In this document: piece after piece, positions 1 to 9,551 of the stretch | How positions within the stretch are numbered: the first letter of the stretch is position 1 | Layout of the letters: the number at the start of each line of letters is the position of its first letter | From: Bacteroidota bacterium | GTDB lineage: Bacteria; Bacteroidota; Bacteroidia; Bacteroidales; JAHJDW01 | Reading direction: 5' to 3' | DNA: 64,000 bases | Assembly: GCA_018812245.1 (NCBI GenBank) | Contig: JAHJDW010000155.1 | Span: forward strand, 2,458-66,457 | Position numbers and translations under genes: made by a program | The notes under the pieces: generated by a model | Database searches by the model: none | Seen by the model: only the letters and a program-made list of their open reading frames with translations | What the model was told of the DNA's origin: nothing

Positions 1-1
1 A

Positions 2-1951
2 ACCCGAAAGCAGCAAGCTTTTGTCTTTATTGAGTCTGGCTTCTATGCCAACACCCTGATCGTATTTTACGACTGAGACCGCATCATCAGGTTTCTTCTG
101 ATTGATAAATGTTTTGGCAGCACCCTGAAGCGCAACGGCGCGGTCTTCGCCCATCGATCCGCTATGATCCAAAACCAGTGAAATCGCGTTAGGCAGAGTA
201 TCTCTTTCCTGAAACTCTTCCACTTCAAAATCAGCAACCTGTCGGGTCTTTCCTGATGGGTCTTTCAACAACAGGTTGCACCATATCTGCTTCCAATCGT
301 CGGAAGCAGCTCCGTAATAATAGTTCCCATCTTTATCCATCAGATGAACCTGAATAGAAACCATCGTATCGCCCAAATCCATGGTTTTCATGATCAGCTT
401 TGCATACACGGCGGTATCATTGATTTCAGAGATATGCCTGAACCCGGTTATCCGGTTGTATTCATATTCAGCCGGAATTTCTACATCGGCAATTGGTTTC
501 TCAGCATTTATCGGGCAATCGCCATCATCAAGCAGAGTTACTTTCAACTCACCTGGCTCCATGGCCATGTCAGTAGCGCGGGATTCAACATAACCAAACC
601 TGCCATCCTGCATCTTCATTATTGCATAGCGGCTGTCGGGAGTAAATCCAACAAATTCGGATGCCAGAATGTAGGATGGCTCCTGCTTCACCCTCAACGT
701 GTTGAGTTCGAACCGCTTCAAATCGCGAAACATAGGTTTCCTGACTAAGCGGTACCGGAAATCAGGGCTATAAAATTCGTCTTTCTTATTCCTTTTGAAT
801 AAACCTGAAAACGCACCTTTCCCGCTACCGTCATCACTGTAGTCTTCGAAAACTGTCGAATATCCATTGTAGATATTCAAAAGAACCTTGATTTCATTCT
901 TGCGAAAGAACATCAGACTATCGTTTATCAGGTTGTAAGGGCAAAATGACCCCTCTCCGCCCTGATCCATCATCGACATTCTCAGTTCCGAAGTAATGGT
1001 GTTGTAAACGAGCAGATGCTCTTTCCCATCCCTGATGGCGACTACAATCATTGACCTGCCATCGGGCGTAAGACTGCATTTCGCGCCATCAATTTTGAAT
1101 ACGGTTGTTCCCGGTCTTTTTCCTTCAGCAACATCCATATCTTTTGCGTATTCCCGTAGCAAATTATTGTAACTGATTTTTTTCTTCCGTAGAAAAGTGG
1201 GCAGTTCATAGACATAAGTATAGAGATAATTACCGGAGTTGCGCATTACAACTATACTCTTACAGTCGGGCGTGAATTCATAACCATTCCCCGACAGGCG
1301 TTTCAACATCCGTGAAGTTCCATTTTTCCAGATCAATACTTTATTGTCTCCCGAAATGGAAATATACAAATCGTCGGGGCTTACCTGAAATTTCTCTCCT
1401 TCAAATCGAGGCGGAAGTCTTGAAAAATTACATACGGCAGTTCCATCGAAGCCGTTGAACGATTGCAGCATTCCGTATCCTGAGAGAACGAAATAATTGT
1501 CGCGCCAGGCAGCAGCAAAGGGGTCAAAATCAATCTCCTTTTCTTTTTTCCCGTTGAGCGGCTTTTCAACAACTATTGTGAAATCTTTCAGCAAATCACC
1601 TTTGGGCACATTCCAAATCCGGCAGATTTTATCGCTACGTGCGTACATCAACCTTCCGTCAGGACTAAAAATGATCGTATCGATACCGTTTTTTTCTTCT
1701 GCCAGAAAATAAAAATCATTGACGTGACAATTTTTCCTGATGTTATACACACTAATCTTATACTTGTGAAAACCAACTGATTTTGTTTTTTCTTTTCCAT
1801 TAACAAGATAAGTTTTCTCTTGATTAAAACCATTAAGATACTCAGAATGAGCAAAAAAGAGACCGTTTGGACTATATCCCACAGGGTTTTGAGAAAAAGA
1901 ATGGTGTGAAAGGAAAAACAGAGAAACCAGCAACAATATCCAACATTTCAT
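2..1951 (-). CDS. Secreted WD40-like/beta-propeller + VWA domain protein; 3' end runs off the left edge
   Basis: Absent from the ORF track because there is no stop in the window. Hand translation from ATG 1951 gives MKCWILLLVSLFFLSHHSFSQ (signal peptide) then IFSPDGRLM..ICRIWNV. In the same frame near 190-100, NAISLVLDHSGSMGEDR is a VWA MIDAS DxSxS motif. The middle was not fully translated. Confidence 0.8.
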   Translation of the reverse strand, partial: MKCWILLLVSLFFLSHHSFSQNPVGYSPNGLFFAHSEYLNGFNQEKTYLVNGKEKTKSVGFHKYKISVYNIRKNCHVNDFYFLAEEKNGIDTIIFSPDGRLMYARSDKICRIWNVPKGDLLKDFTIVVEKPLNGKKEKEIDFDPFAAAWRDNYFVLSGYGMLQSFNGFDGTAVCNFSRLPPRFEGEKFQVSPDDLYISISGDNKVLIWKNGTSRMLKRLSGNGYEFTPDCKSIVVMRNSGNYLYTYVYELPTFLRKKKISYNNLLREYAKDMDVAEGKRPGTTVFKIDGAKCSLTPDGRSMIVVAIRDGKEHLLVYNTITSELRMSMMDQGGEGSFCPYNLINDSLMFFRKNEIKVLLNIYNGYSTVFEDYSDDGSGKGAFSGLFKRNKKDEFYSPDFRYRLVRKPMFRDLKRFELNTLRVKQEPSYILASEFVGFTPDSRYAIMKMQDGRFGYVESRATDMAMEPGELKVTLLDDGDCPINAEKPIADVEIPAEYEYNRITGFRHISEINDTAVYAKLIMKTMDLGDTMVSIQVHLMDKDGNYYYGAASDDWKQIWCNLLLKDPSGKTRQVADFEVEEFQERDTLPNAISLVLDHSGSMGEDRAVALQGAAKTFINQKKPDDAVSVVKYDQGVGIEARLNKDKSLLLSG

Positions 1952-2058
1952 GTTCCGCAATATATATAGGGGCATAATCATAAAACTTTTTTTCACAAAG
2001 GTTTATTATACGGATAGCAATTATAAAGTTGCCGAAGATAAGCAATTTTCCGAATAAA

Positions 2059-2190
2059 GAGGCTGTCTCAAATGTCCGAAAAGCGCCGTCTTTGCGAGGC
2101 GATGTGCTGAGCTTGTCGAAGCAAGGAACGACTAGTCGCTATTCCGCATAGAAAACCCACATGTTCCTTTGCGGCTTTGCGCCTTTGCGA
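2059..2190. repeat. Cluster of REP/MITE-like elements
   Basis: GAGGCTGTCTCAAA (IS-end-like, 2059-2072), CGTCTTTGCGAGG, hairpin TGCTGAGCTTGTCGAAGCA (2105-2123) and 3x CTTTGCGN (2167-2190). Confidence 0.5.
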
Positions 2191-2293
2191 GAGAAAACCG
2201 CGTCTGTAACCGGATTTTAATTTGTCTGTGTGTCGTTCGCTAAACTTCATATATATTTGTAACTGAAAAATCAAACAATTGAAATCACGAACT

Positions 2294-2698
2294 ATGAAAC
2301 ATATCGCCACACTCATCTTGTCAATTTCAGCAATTTTCTGTGCAGCTCAGGGAGTTGTAACGCAACCTCAGTTTACTATTGAAAGAAGAACCGATGCGTT
2401 TAATGTCGCCAATATGGCATTTAGTACTGACGGAAAACTGCTGGCTTGCGGGTGTAAGGATGGATTTTTCAAAATCTGGAATACTTCAGATTACAGCGAA
2501 AAATGGAGTATTGAAGCCCACAACAAAGCCATTCTTGCAGTCCAATTCAGCCCAGACAACCAGTGGTTGCTCACCGGAAGCCGCGACAATCTGGTTCGGA
2601 TATGGGATGTCGGCACCGGCGAAAAAGTGATAGAAACCGAGGAAGGCAGGGCGAAAAACAGAAAAGTGGAATTTACTTTACTAATCTCAATATTATGA
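2294..2698 (+). pseudogene. Internally deleted WD40-repeat/OmpA-family protein
   Basis: Signal peptide and two WD40 repeats (FSTDGKLL..IWN; FSPDNQWLLTGSRDNLVRIWD), then directly ETEEGRAKNRKVEFTL, the terminal OmpA motif. TATATTTG -7 promoter upstream. Confidence 0.65.
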
Positions 2699-3459
2699 AA
2701 ATCACCATATTAGTAGTACTTTCTGCCATTTCCTTCATGTCTTTCTCACAAGAAAAGATTGTTGATGAAAGGACAGGAATTGAAATTATTTTTTCGGCCG
2801 AGGGAAACATATTTCCAGATAGTTGGCTTTCCACAACAATTGATGCAAAAGGGATTTCGCTTGACCCGGAAGAATATTCAAGAAGTAAAACAGTTATTCT
2901 TCAAGCATTGTTGAAATACCCAATAGCTGTCATAAAAAAGAACCTTAAACGAATATACATTCTGAAAGAAATCGAGTTTTATGGAAAAACCTTTGGAGGG
3001 ACAAACTCCACTGACATAGTATATTTGTCGCAAAATGGCACTAAAAATGGCTATTCAAACTTCTATTTTGAGCAACTTTTTCACGCAGAATTTTCAAGTA
3101 TTTTGTTGAGAAATTACCCGCAGTATTTTGATAAAACAAATTGGTTAAAAAACAATTCAAGCGAATTTAGTTATGGAGATGGAGGAGTAAATGCGCTAAA
3201 AAAGAATCTAAGCTCCGAAAGATTTGATGCAAAAATAAATGAGATGGGATTAATAAATCAATATGCCACTTCGAGCATGGAGAATGACTTTAATTCGTTT
3301 GCAAAGAATCTGTTTTTGCCAAAATTCGGATTTTCAGAGTTGATTGACAAATATGCACTGCTGAAGAACAAGAGAGCCTTGATAATCGCATTCTACGGCA
3401 AAATTGATTCCTCTTTCTCGGAAGACTTTTTCGACAAAATATTACACCCAACCGAGTAA
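2695..3459 (+). CDS. Secreted hypothetical protein, zincin-like with degenerate motif LFHAEFSS
   Basis: Start reassigned to ATG 2695 (MKITILVVLSAISFMSFSQ signal peptide), which overlaps the upstream stop as ATGA. Confidence 0.6.
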   Translation: MKITILVVLSAISFMSFSQEKIVDERTGIEIIFSAEGNIFPDSWLSTTIDAKGISLDPEEYSRSKTVILQALLKYPIAVIKKNLKRIYILKEIEFYGKTFGGTNSTDIVYLSQNGTKNGYSNFYFEQLFHAEFSSILLRNYPQYFDKTNWLKNNSSEFSYGDGGVNALKKNLSSERFDAKINEMGLINQYATSSMENDFNSFAKNLFLPKFGFSELIDKYALLKNKRALIIAFYGKIDSSFSEDFFDKILHPTE

Positions 3460-3572
3460 ACTCCCAGCGAGCTTTTGCCCTCCGAATTGCTTTTGAAATA
3501 CGCCACCCTCGCCAATACTGTTATTGCTGCACGCAAACAATATCAATATACAAGGTAGAAGTATCATAGTTT

Positions 3573-4061
3573 TCATTGTTCAATCAGGGAAATTATTGCG
3601 ACATAGTTTTTTCCGTATTTCTTAGCACATTTCGGACATGTTGTGTACCACATAAACATCTTTTTGATGGTATATCCTTTTGATTTCGCGGCGCTTTCGT
3701 AGTCTTTTGTCCATTTTCCTGTGTTCTGAAACGGTCCCTCATATACTTTGCAAAACAACTTTCCGCTCATGGTAGTATTCTCAGCATCAGCAACATCCTT
3801 GTCAACAGCAAGATAAATATTCATATTCCACTTCGAAGTATGCTCCGACAAACAAAGCCAATCAGGCATATTGGCTCCGGCTTTTGTTACTTTGCCATCA
3901 ATCCGCTTCATAACCTTGCCAAAGTTAACAGGCATGTAGAACACGGAACACACGTGGTCTTTGATGAACTTCTTATTCTCCCATTCGAGAGTCTTGTCGT
4001 CCCATACCGTTGGGTCAAATTCAGGGCAGCAAATTTCACTTGCTTTTGATTGTGTTGTCAT
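3573..4061 (-). CDS. GyrI-like 'bacterial hydrolase' family protein
   Basis: CCPEFDP N-terminus, KVYEGPF and WYTTCPKCAKKYGKNYV C-terminal motif; -7 promoter at ~4081-4088. Confidence 0.65.
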   Translation of the reverse strand: MTTQSKASEICCPEFDPTVWDDKTLEWENKKFIKDHVCSVFYMPVNFGKVMKRIDGKVTKAGANMPDWLCLSEHTSKWNMNIYLAVDKDVADAENTTMSGKLFCKVYEGPFQNTGKWTKDYESAAKSKGYTIKKMFMWYTTCPKCAKKYGKNYVAIISLIEQ

Positions 4062-4134
4062 GATAATCTCCTTTTGTTTTCAAAATTATGCAAAAATTGC
4101 ATTTCTCAATTCTGAACCATGAAAATCATATGGT

Positions 4135-5106
4135 TCAAAGCGCGTTTTTTATTTTCTCAATACATTCCGTTTCAAATGCCCTCAAGAGGTTATCCTTTTC
4201 GTTGGTTTTGGCATCAGTTTCAAACATTCCCATGCAATTTCCGGTGTAAACCGTGCAAAGTGTCAGCGAACTCGTTGTTTCATCCCCCTCGAGCTTTACT
4301 TTGGTTTGCAGGGTGCTGCAATAGCCGGTTTTGCTTTCCTTCATGTATTTTGCCGCAACAATGGTATAGAAGAACACGCCGGCAGTACCCGGATACATGG
4401 TATCTTTCACCGGGGTGTTGTACTGAAAAATAGTATCGATTTCCATGCTGCTGTTTTTGAAAACAGTGTCGGCATGATGTACATACCGTGAAACGTAGTA
4501 CCACAAAGTATCGGACGCACCAGCGATCGAAAAATAATTCGCATGACCATTATTCAATGATAAAGGCAGGTTGCCGGTGCGGTTTTCGTTTTCTATGAGG
4601 TTGATTCTCCTTACCAATTCGCTTTTCGAAAACTCAAAGTCGTATTTCTTGTTGTAATCGAAATCCTTTTTGTAGCTGGTGGCTGTGAAGGCAAAAAACG
4701 ACAACGCCAATGGAAGCACCGGGTTAATGCTGAGTTTTTTGATTCTGTCGTCGTAATAATTTATGTAAAGAGCAAGTGGTAAAACCACCAACGCAATAAG
4801 GTCAGAATAATCGACGATGCGTGCAATTTGCAAAAGACCGAGATTGTTCCAGCTAAGGATGAATGATTGAGAATACGGCGATTTCCAAAAAATGAAAATC
4901 AGACCGGTAAGCACAAAAATCTTTTTTCTGTGCCTGGGAAATATCGCTGTCCAGAATAATGGGAAGATGAATAGTCCGGCAAAATCAGATAGTTTTCCAG
5001 TAATCCAGTTTCCAAAGAGTTCTTTTAGAAGTAAATCGTTAAGCAACAGTATAGTTAGTCCGCCAAGGAAGCAGTACGATGTCAGTATTTTGAGGTCTTT
5101 TGTCAT
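4135..5106 (-). CDS. Hypothetical membrane protein
   Basis: N-terminal TM bundle with NDLLLK..TGKLSDFAGL motif and a soluble C-terminal domain. Confidence 0.7.
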   Translation of the reverse strand: MTKDLKILTSYCFLGGLTILLLNDLLLKELFGNWITGKLSDFAGLFIFPLFWTAIFPRHRKKIFVLTGLIFIFWKSPYSQSFILSWNNLGLLQIARIVDYSDLIALVVLPLALYINYYDDRIKKLSINPVLPLALSFFAFTATSYKKDFDYNKKYDFEFSKSELVRRINLIENENRTGNLPLSLNNGHANYFSIAGASDTLWYYVSRYVHHADTVFKNSSMEIDTIFQYNTPVKDTMYPGTAGVFFYTIVAAKYMKESKTGYCSTLQTKVKLEGDETTSSLTLCTVYTGNCMGMFETDAKTNEKDNLLRAFETECIEKIKNAL

Positions 5107-5237
5107 TGCTTAGGATACATTTCGCCATTCAATTGCCCCGCAAAGAGCAAATATAATTATGTTCTTTGAATAGAACAAGGGAAATCAGGAATGCACCAAC
5201 ATCGCAAACTGAAACTGAAGGCGAGCAAACACCTTTA

Positions 5238-6134
5238 CTACTTTAGTCTTTCGTTGACCTTACTGATTTCTGCAGAAAGCTCATTTTTGAGTGCTGCAAT
5301 ATCCTTTTCAATCTCCTTTTTGGCTTCTGCAGTTTTTCCGTTGGATTCAACCGCCGATTGCGCAAGTTGTTCCTGAAACGACGCCTTGATTGCAGTAATC
5401 TGGTTGTCGATCGCTTTATTTACATCCGCGACTTTTCCACTTAACTCTTCAGATGACTGCTTAAGCTGTTCCAGAAGCGTACCTTTCACCGATTCAATCT
5501 TGCTTTCAAGTGTTTTATTGACTTCCTGACTCATTTTACTGAGGCTCTCGCCGGTATCAGCCGATAATTTTGTGAACTTGCTATTGCTTTCGGCAGTGTG
5601 TTTTTCCAATGTCAGAAATGTCTCCTTCGACTGCTTTTCAACCAATTCTTTGATCTCACCTATCTGCCTGTCAATCTGACTGCTTATTTGCGTCATTTTG
5701 CTGTTCAGATTTTCCTCATTTTGCGCTATTGCTTTCTTCATTGCATGCAATCTTTTTCTCAGAAACCACAGAAAAAGCAAACCCAAAACAACCGACACAA
5801 TTGCGGCAATGATTGCATAATGCTTCCTTTTGCCAAAGGCATCGCCAATGGCGTTGATCGATGTTTGGTGATTGTTGAAATCAGATTGCTGTTCGGTGAT
5901 CGCCAACCCCTGCGCGATAATTGCATTTTGCTGATTTCCAACGGCAGATTGAAGCAACGAAATAATGCTATCGTTCTTTTTGGTCTGATCAGTCAGCAGC
6001 ATCCGTTGCTCTTTGAGTTGACTTCGGAGCGATGCATTGGCCTTTTGCAACTGTAAAACATCCTCGTTTACGGTTTGAGCCTGCATACTTAAAAGCAGGA
6101 GAGGTAATACGGCTAATAAAAATAGTTTTTTCAT
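5238..6134 (-). CDS. Single-pass membrane protein with long coiled-coil/amphipathic helical tail
   Basis: Signal peptide, TM segment AIIAAIVSVVLGLLFLWFL, heptad-rich E/K/S tail. Confidence 0.7.
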   Translation of the reverse strand: MKKLFLLAVLPLLLLSMQAQTVNEDVLQLQKANASLRSQLKEQRMLLTDQTKKNDSIISLLQSAVGNQQNAIIAQGLAITEQQSDFNNHQTSINAIGDAFGKRKHYAIIAAIVSVVLGLLFLWFLRKRLHAMKKAIAQNEENLNSKMTQISSQIDRQIGEIKELVEKQSKETFLTLEKHTAESNSKFTKLSADTGESLSKMSQEVNKTLESKIESVKGTLLEQLKQSSEELSGKVADVNKAIDNQITAIKASFQEQLAQSAVESNGKTAEAKKEIEKDIAALKNELSAEISKVNERLK

Positions 6135-6328
6135 GTGGTTCAGTTTTGGTTCGTTATAATCATGTTAAGAAGCAGGATTCTGTATAATACTCTCTTGAAA
6201 TAAAAAAATGATGTACAAAATGCACCCCCAATTCAACCCTGTCAAATATAAGAAAATTTCGACAAATGAACAACAGGTCAGGATAAATTTTTTATATTAA
6301 AGTGAAAAATGCAGTGGCAAATCCGTTG

Positions 6329-6356
6329 ATAACCGGCGGGTTAACCCGTCGGTTAT
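6329..6356. repeat. Near-perfect 28-bp palindrome (REP-like or terminator)
   Basis: ATAACCGGCGGGTT-AACCCGTCGGTTAT with one G-T pair. Confidence 0.55.
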
Positions 6357-6399
6357 TTGGGGAAAATGTGGCTGAATACTATGCAGGTATTATTGTGGT

Positions 6400-6747
6400 C
6401 TATTGCTCAAAACGGCACTCCAATATTTCGCCGGTACTATCAGAAATCACAAAGTGAGGACCTCCACCTAACATCTGCGGATCTGTCAGGTTGTAATCAA
6501 CATACCACTTCCCATCTTTCAATTCTGCGCTGACATCGTAGATTGATAAGTCGCGATAAGCTGTCAAGGCAGTCTTTTCCGCAATTTTCAATATCGAATC
6601 TCTGTCAATCACAACAGGAATCTGATTTGATACCTTTTCAACTTTCGCTGAGTCAATTTCGTTTTCTTTTCCATCTGAAGCTTTGCTATTGCATGAAATT
6701 ATGCAAGCATACGCACTGAGCAACAGTACTGATAATAGTTTCGTCAT
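6400..6747 (-). CDS. Small lipoprotein (PepSY/NTF2-immunity-like)
   Basis: Start reassigned to ATG 6747: MTKLLSVLLLSAYACIISC lipobox; C-terminus GGGPHFVISDSTGEI. Confidence 0.6.
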   Translation of the reverse strand: MTKLLSVLLLSAYACIISCNSKASDGKENEIDSAKVEKVSNQIPVVIDRDSILKIAEKTALTAYRDLSIYDVSAELKDGKWYVDYNLTDPQMLGGGPHFVISDSTGEILECRFEQ

Positions 6748-6763
6748 TTCAGTCAATTTTAGA

Positions 6764-7822
6764 TCAATAACCCATAGGCTTTTCCGGCAAATTGATACTA
6801 TATGCCTTCCAGTTTGAAATGTCGGCGCTCCAATTGTAGAAGACTGATGTTCCGGTATCAATATCCCAGATCAGACATACGTCTCTGCCTGTTTCATCAA
6901 CATAAGGGACCATCATGATTTTCCCAATTGTTTCGCCAAGCGGTTTTTCAGGCAAATTTATGCTGTATGCCTGCCAGTTTGTGTTTTCCGTACTCCAGTT
7001 GTAGTATGACGATTTGCCTGTTTTAAAGTCCCAGACCAGACATACATCGCGACCAGTGTTGTCAACATAAGGAGCCATCATGATTTTCCCTGTCGTCTCG
7101 CCCAGCGGCTTCTCAGGCAAATTAATGCTATAGGCTTTCCAGTTTGAAATATCAGTACTCCAATTGTAGAAAACCGATTTTCCCGTTTCGGGATTCCAGA
7201 TCAGACATACATCCCTGCCCGAATTGTCAACATAAGGCGCCATCATGGTCATACCTGTTGTCTCGCCCAGCGGTTTTTCAGGCAAATTAATGCTATACGC
7301 CTTCCAGTTCGATATTTCCACATTCCAATTGTAGAAGACTGATTTTCCGGTTTCGGTATCCCATATCAGGCAAACATCCCTCCCTGTTTTATCTACATAA
7401 GGAGCCATCATGATTTTCCCTTTTGTCTCGCCCAGCGGCTTTTCAGGCAAATTGATACTGTACGCCTTCCAATTTGAAATATCCGTGCTCCAGTTATAGA
7501 ACACCGACTTTCCGGTTTCAGCGTTCCAGATCAGACAAACGTCTCTGCCTGTGTTATCAATGTATGGCGCCATCATGATATTTCCTTTTGTCTCGCCCAG
7601 CGGCTTCTCAGGCAAATTAATGCTATAGGCTTTCCAGTTTGAAATATCAGTACTCCAATTGTAGAACACCGATTTACCCGATTCGGTATTCCAAAACAGG
7701 CAAATATCTCTGCCAGTATTGTCAACATAAGGTGCTGCGAATATTTTTGCAGGTACAGAACCGGATTGTGAGAATGAGCTGATTTGAATTAGCAAAAACA
7801 GCAAGGTGAAAAATTTCTTCAT
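6764..7822 (-). CDS. Secreted protein made of six ~55-aa tandem repeats (probable 6-bladed beta-propeller)
   Basis: Unit APYVDNTGRDVCLIWNxETGKSVFYNWSTDISNWKAYSINLPEKPLGETxGKIMM; DNA period 165 bp (ggcaaatt at 6951, 7116, 7281). Confidence 0.85.
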   Translation of the reverse strand: MKKFFTLLFLLIQISSFSQSGSVPAKIFAAPYVDNTGRDICLFWNTESGKSVFYNWSTDISNWKAYSINLPEKPLGETKGNIMMAPYIDNTGRDVCLIWNAETGKSVFYNWSTDISNWKAYSINLPEKPLGETKGKIMMAPYVDKTGRDVCLIWDTETGKSVFYNWNVEISNWKAYSINLPEKPLGETTGMTMMAPYVDNSGRDVCLIWNPETGKSVFYNWSTDISNWKAYSINLPEKPLGETTGKIMMAPYVDNTGRDVCLVWDFKTGKSSYYNWSTENTNWQAYSINLPEKPLGETIGKIMMVPYVDETGRDVCLIWDIDTGTSVFYNWSADISNWKAYSINLPEKPMGY

Positions 7823-8135
7823 AACAGAAATGTTGGTTTACGATTCAATTGAATTACAGCCGGCAGCATTTTTTTATACACCGCCATGTGCCACGCCATG
7901 CCAAATATAGACAAAATTATTTGTAAGTGGATATTCGTTTCAAATTTACTGCTTTTGTTTCAACAATACTCAATTGAAAAAAATCGATTTAGTTTTTTGG
8001 GGAAAGGGAAAAACGATGGTAATTGTATACTCTTTGGGGATTTTCGGTTTGCATGTTTGCTCGTGTAAATGCCCAATGTGTACGCAATTTCAGGAAGCCA
8101 TTTTAAGTTTATAAATTCATTAATAACTATTCATT

Positions 8136-9551
8136 CTATACGAACTTTTTTCTCAAAAATATCAATCCTCCAACTACTACACAACAAGCTAAAATAAATA
8201 ATGAATGAGTAACAATACTATTTTCCTTTTCATACTCATAACTGTATCTTGGTAAGTCTAATACATCATCTTTTGATAGTAATTCGTCTTTTAGTATTTT
8301 TTGAAAAAAACACCTCCTCCATTTATAATTATACTCATCTGCTTTGGCTTGAAATTTCAGGAAATCATTTGTGCTGTTGCCTGATAATTTATCTAATGCC
8401 TGTTGTAGAATAATTGCCGGAGAAAAATATTTCCAATAGCTGATAAATTCAATTTGATTATTCAATTGACTTTTATATTTCATAATTAAAGAATCGGAAA
8501 CTTCTTCTACTATTTTGTTTTTTAATGCAACCGTATAAACCCAGAATGGCATATTCTCTGATTTTCTTGTGCCGAGTTCGGGATGTTCAGAAAAGTATTT
8601 ATCCAATACCTTGTCCGGATTATTATCGATTTCGCAAGTAGCATCTCTTACAAAGCTGATATACTCAATTCGGGTTGAAACAGGATATTTATAATTTGCT
8701 ACCAGATTTAATAACGTAGGAATAATAAGAATTATTAACAGCCAGGATGTAAACAGAATTCCTGCATTAATACTTGAATTTTTATTAAAAAGGTTTACCA
8801 GTATTGATAGCATAAACCAAAACAAGACATATGCAGAAATGGCAGACAATAAATTAATTATTGCAGTTATATTGTCAACTATACTTACCCCGAATAAAGA
8901 GAAAAACAAACAAATGCTTATTGCTATTATGCCAATAATAATAACAAATCGTAACAATATCTTTATGATTAATATTCTTGTTATTGAAACAGGTTGTGCC
9001 TTTAACAACTTAAATGTTCCCTGTTCCTTCTCTGATGACAAAACATTATAACTGAAAGCTATTATAAACAAAGGTAATAACCATATCAAAACAAAGGCCA
9101 GGTCAAAATTACTGTTGAGCTGGTTTACAGGGTTTTCCATTCTGTCATCGCCCATTAAAAAAGAGAATAGCTGCTGGTTTCTTAGGGATATTTGATAATG
9201 ATATGGATAATAGTCACTTAGCCCCATGGAAATAAACGATAAATCATGTGGCATTTTTATTATCTCATGACCTCCTGATTTACCTCCGACCATATAAGGG
9301 GTTTTCGGATTGGTATAAGCATTTACTTTCAATTCTCCTGATTCGACCTTTTTAATATCGGCAAGTAAGTTTTCAAATCTCTGTTGTTCGTCTTGTTTGC
9401 ATTTTTTAATGTTTTCAAGTTGATAGTTAATATTTGAAGTACCATTATAAATACTTAAACCAAGTATTAATAAGAAAGTGAATACCAGCCAAATAATGGC
9501 TTTGTTACGTATGATGTTTTTCCACTCAAAGTATATGATATGCCTTACCAT
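8136..9551 (-). CDS. ABC-2 type permease, DUF3526 family
   Basis: FEWK N-terminus, SSEKEQGTFKLL motif, multiple TMs, large periplasmic loops. Confidence 0.85.
   Translation of the reverse strand: MVRHIIYFEWKNIIRNKAIIWLVFTFLLILGLSIYNGTSNINYQLENIKKCKQDEQQRFENLLADIKKVESGELKVNAYTNPKTPYMVGGKSGGHEIIKMPHDLSFISMGLSDYYPYHYQISLRNQQLFSFLMGDDRMENPVNQLNSNFDLAFVLIWLLPLFIIAFSYNVLSSEKEQGTFKLLKAQPVSITRILIIKILLRFVIIIGIIAISICLFFSLFGVSIVDNITAIINLLSAISAYVLFWFMLSILVNLFNKNSSINAGILFTSWLLIILIIPTLLNLVANYKYPVSTRIEYISFVRDATCEIDNNPDKVLDKYFSEHPELGTRKSENMPFWVYTVALKNKIVEEVSDSLIMKYKSQLNNQIEFISYWKYFSPAIILQQALDKLSGNSTNDFLKFQAKADEYNYKWRRCFFQKILKDELLSKDDVLDLPRYSYEYEKENSIVTHSLFILACCVVVGGLIFLRKKFV

Noticed and set aside
344-748. 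Plus-strand ORFs here, and similar short antisense ORFs across the window
   Set aside because: Shadows of longer, motif-bearing genes on the opposite strand
2563-2694. N-terminal extension of ORF 2563-3459
   Set aside because: Overlaps the WD40 gene; the signal peptide begins at ATG 2695
3460-3560. attC-like cassette site (..GCAATAACAGTATTGGCGAGGGTGGCG on the minus strand)
   Set aside because: Single degenerate copy, no complete fold-back, no integrase
6764-7750. CRISPR-like periodicity
   Set aside because: The 165-bp period lies within one ORF, shows synonymous variation and has no spacers
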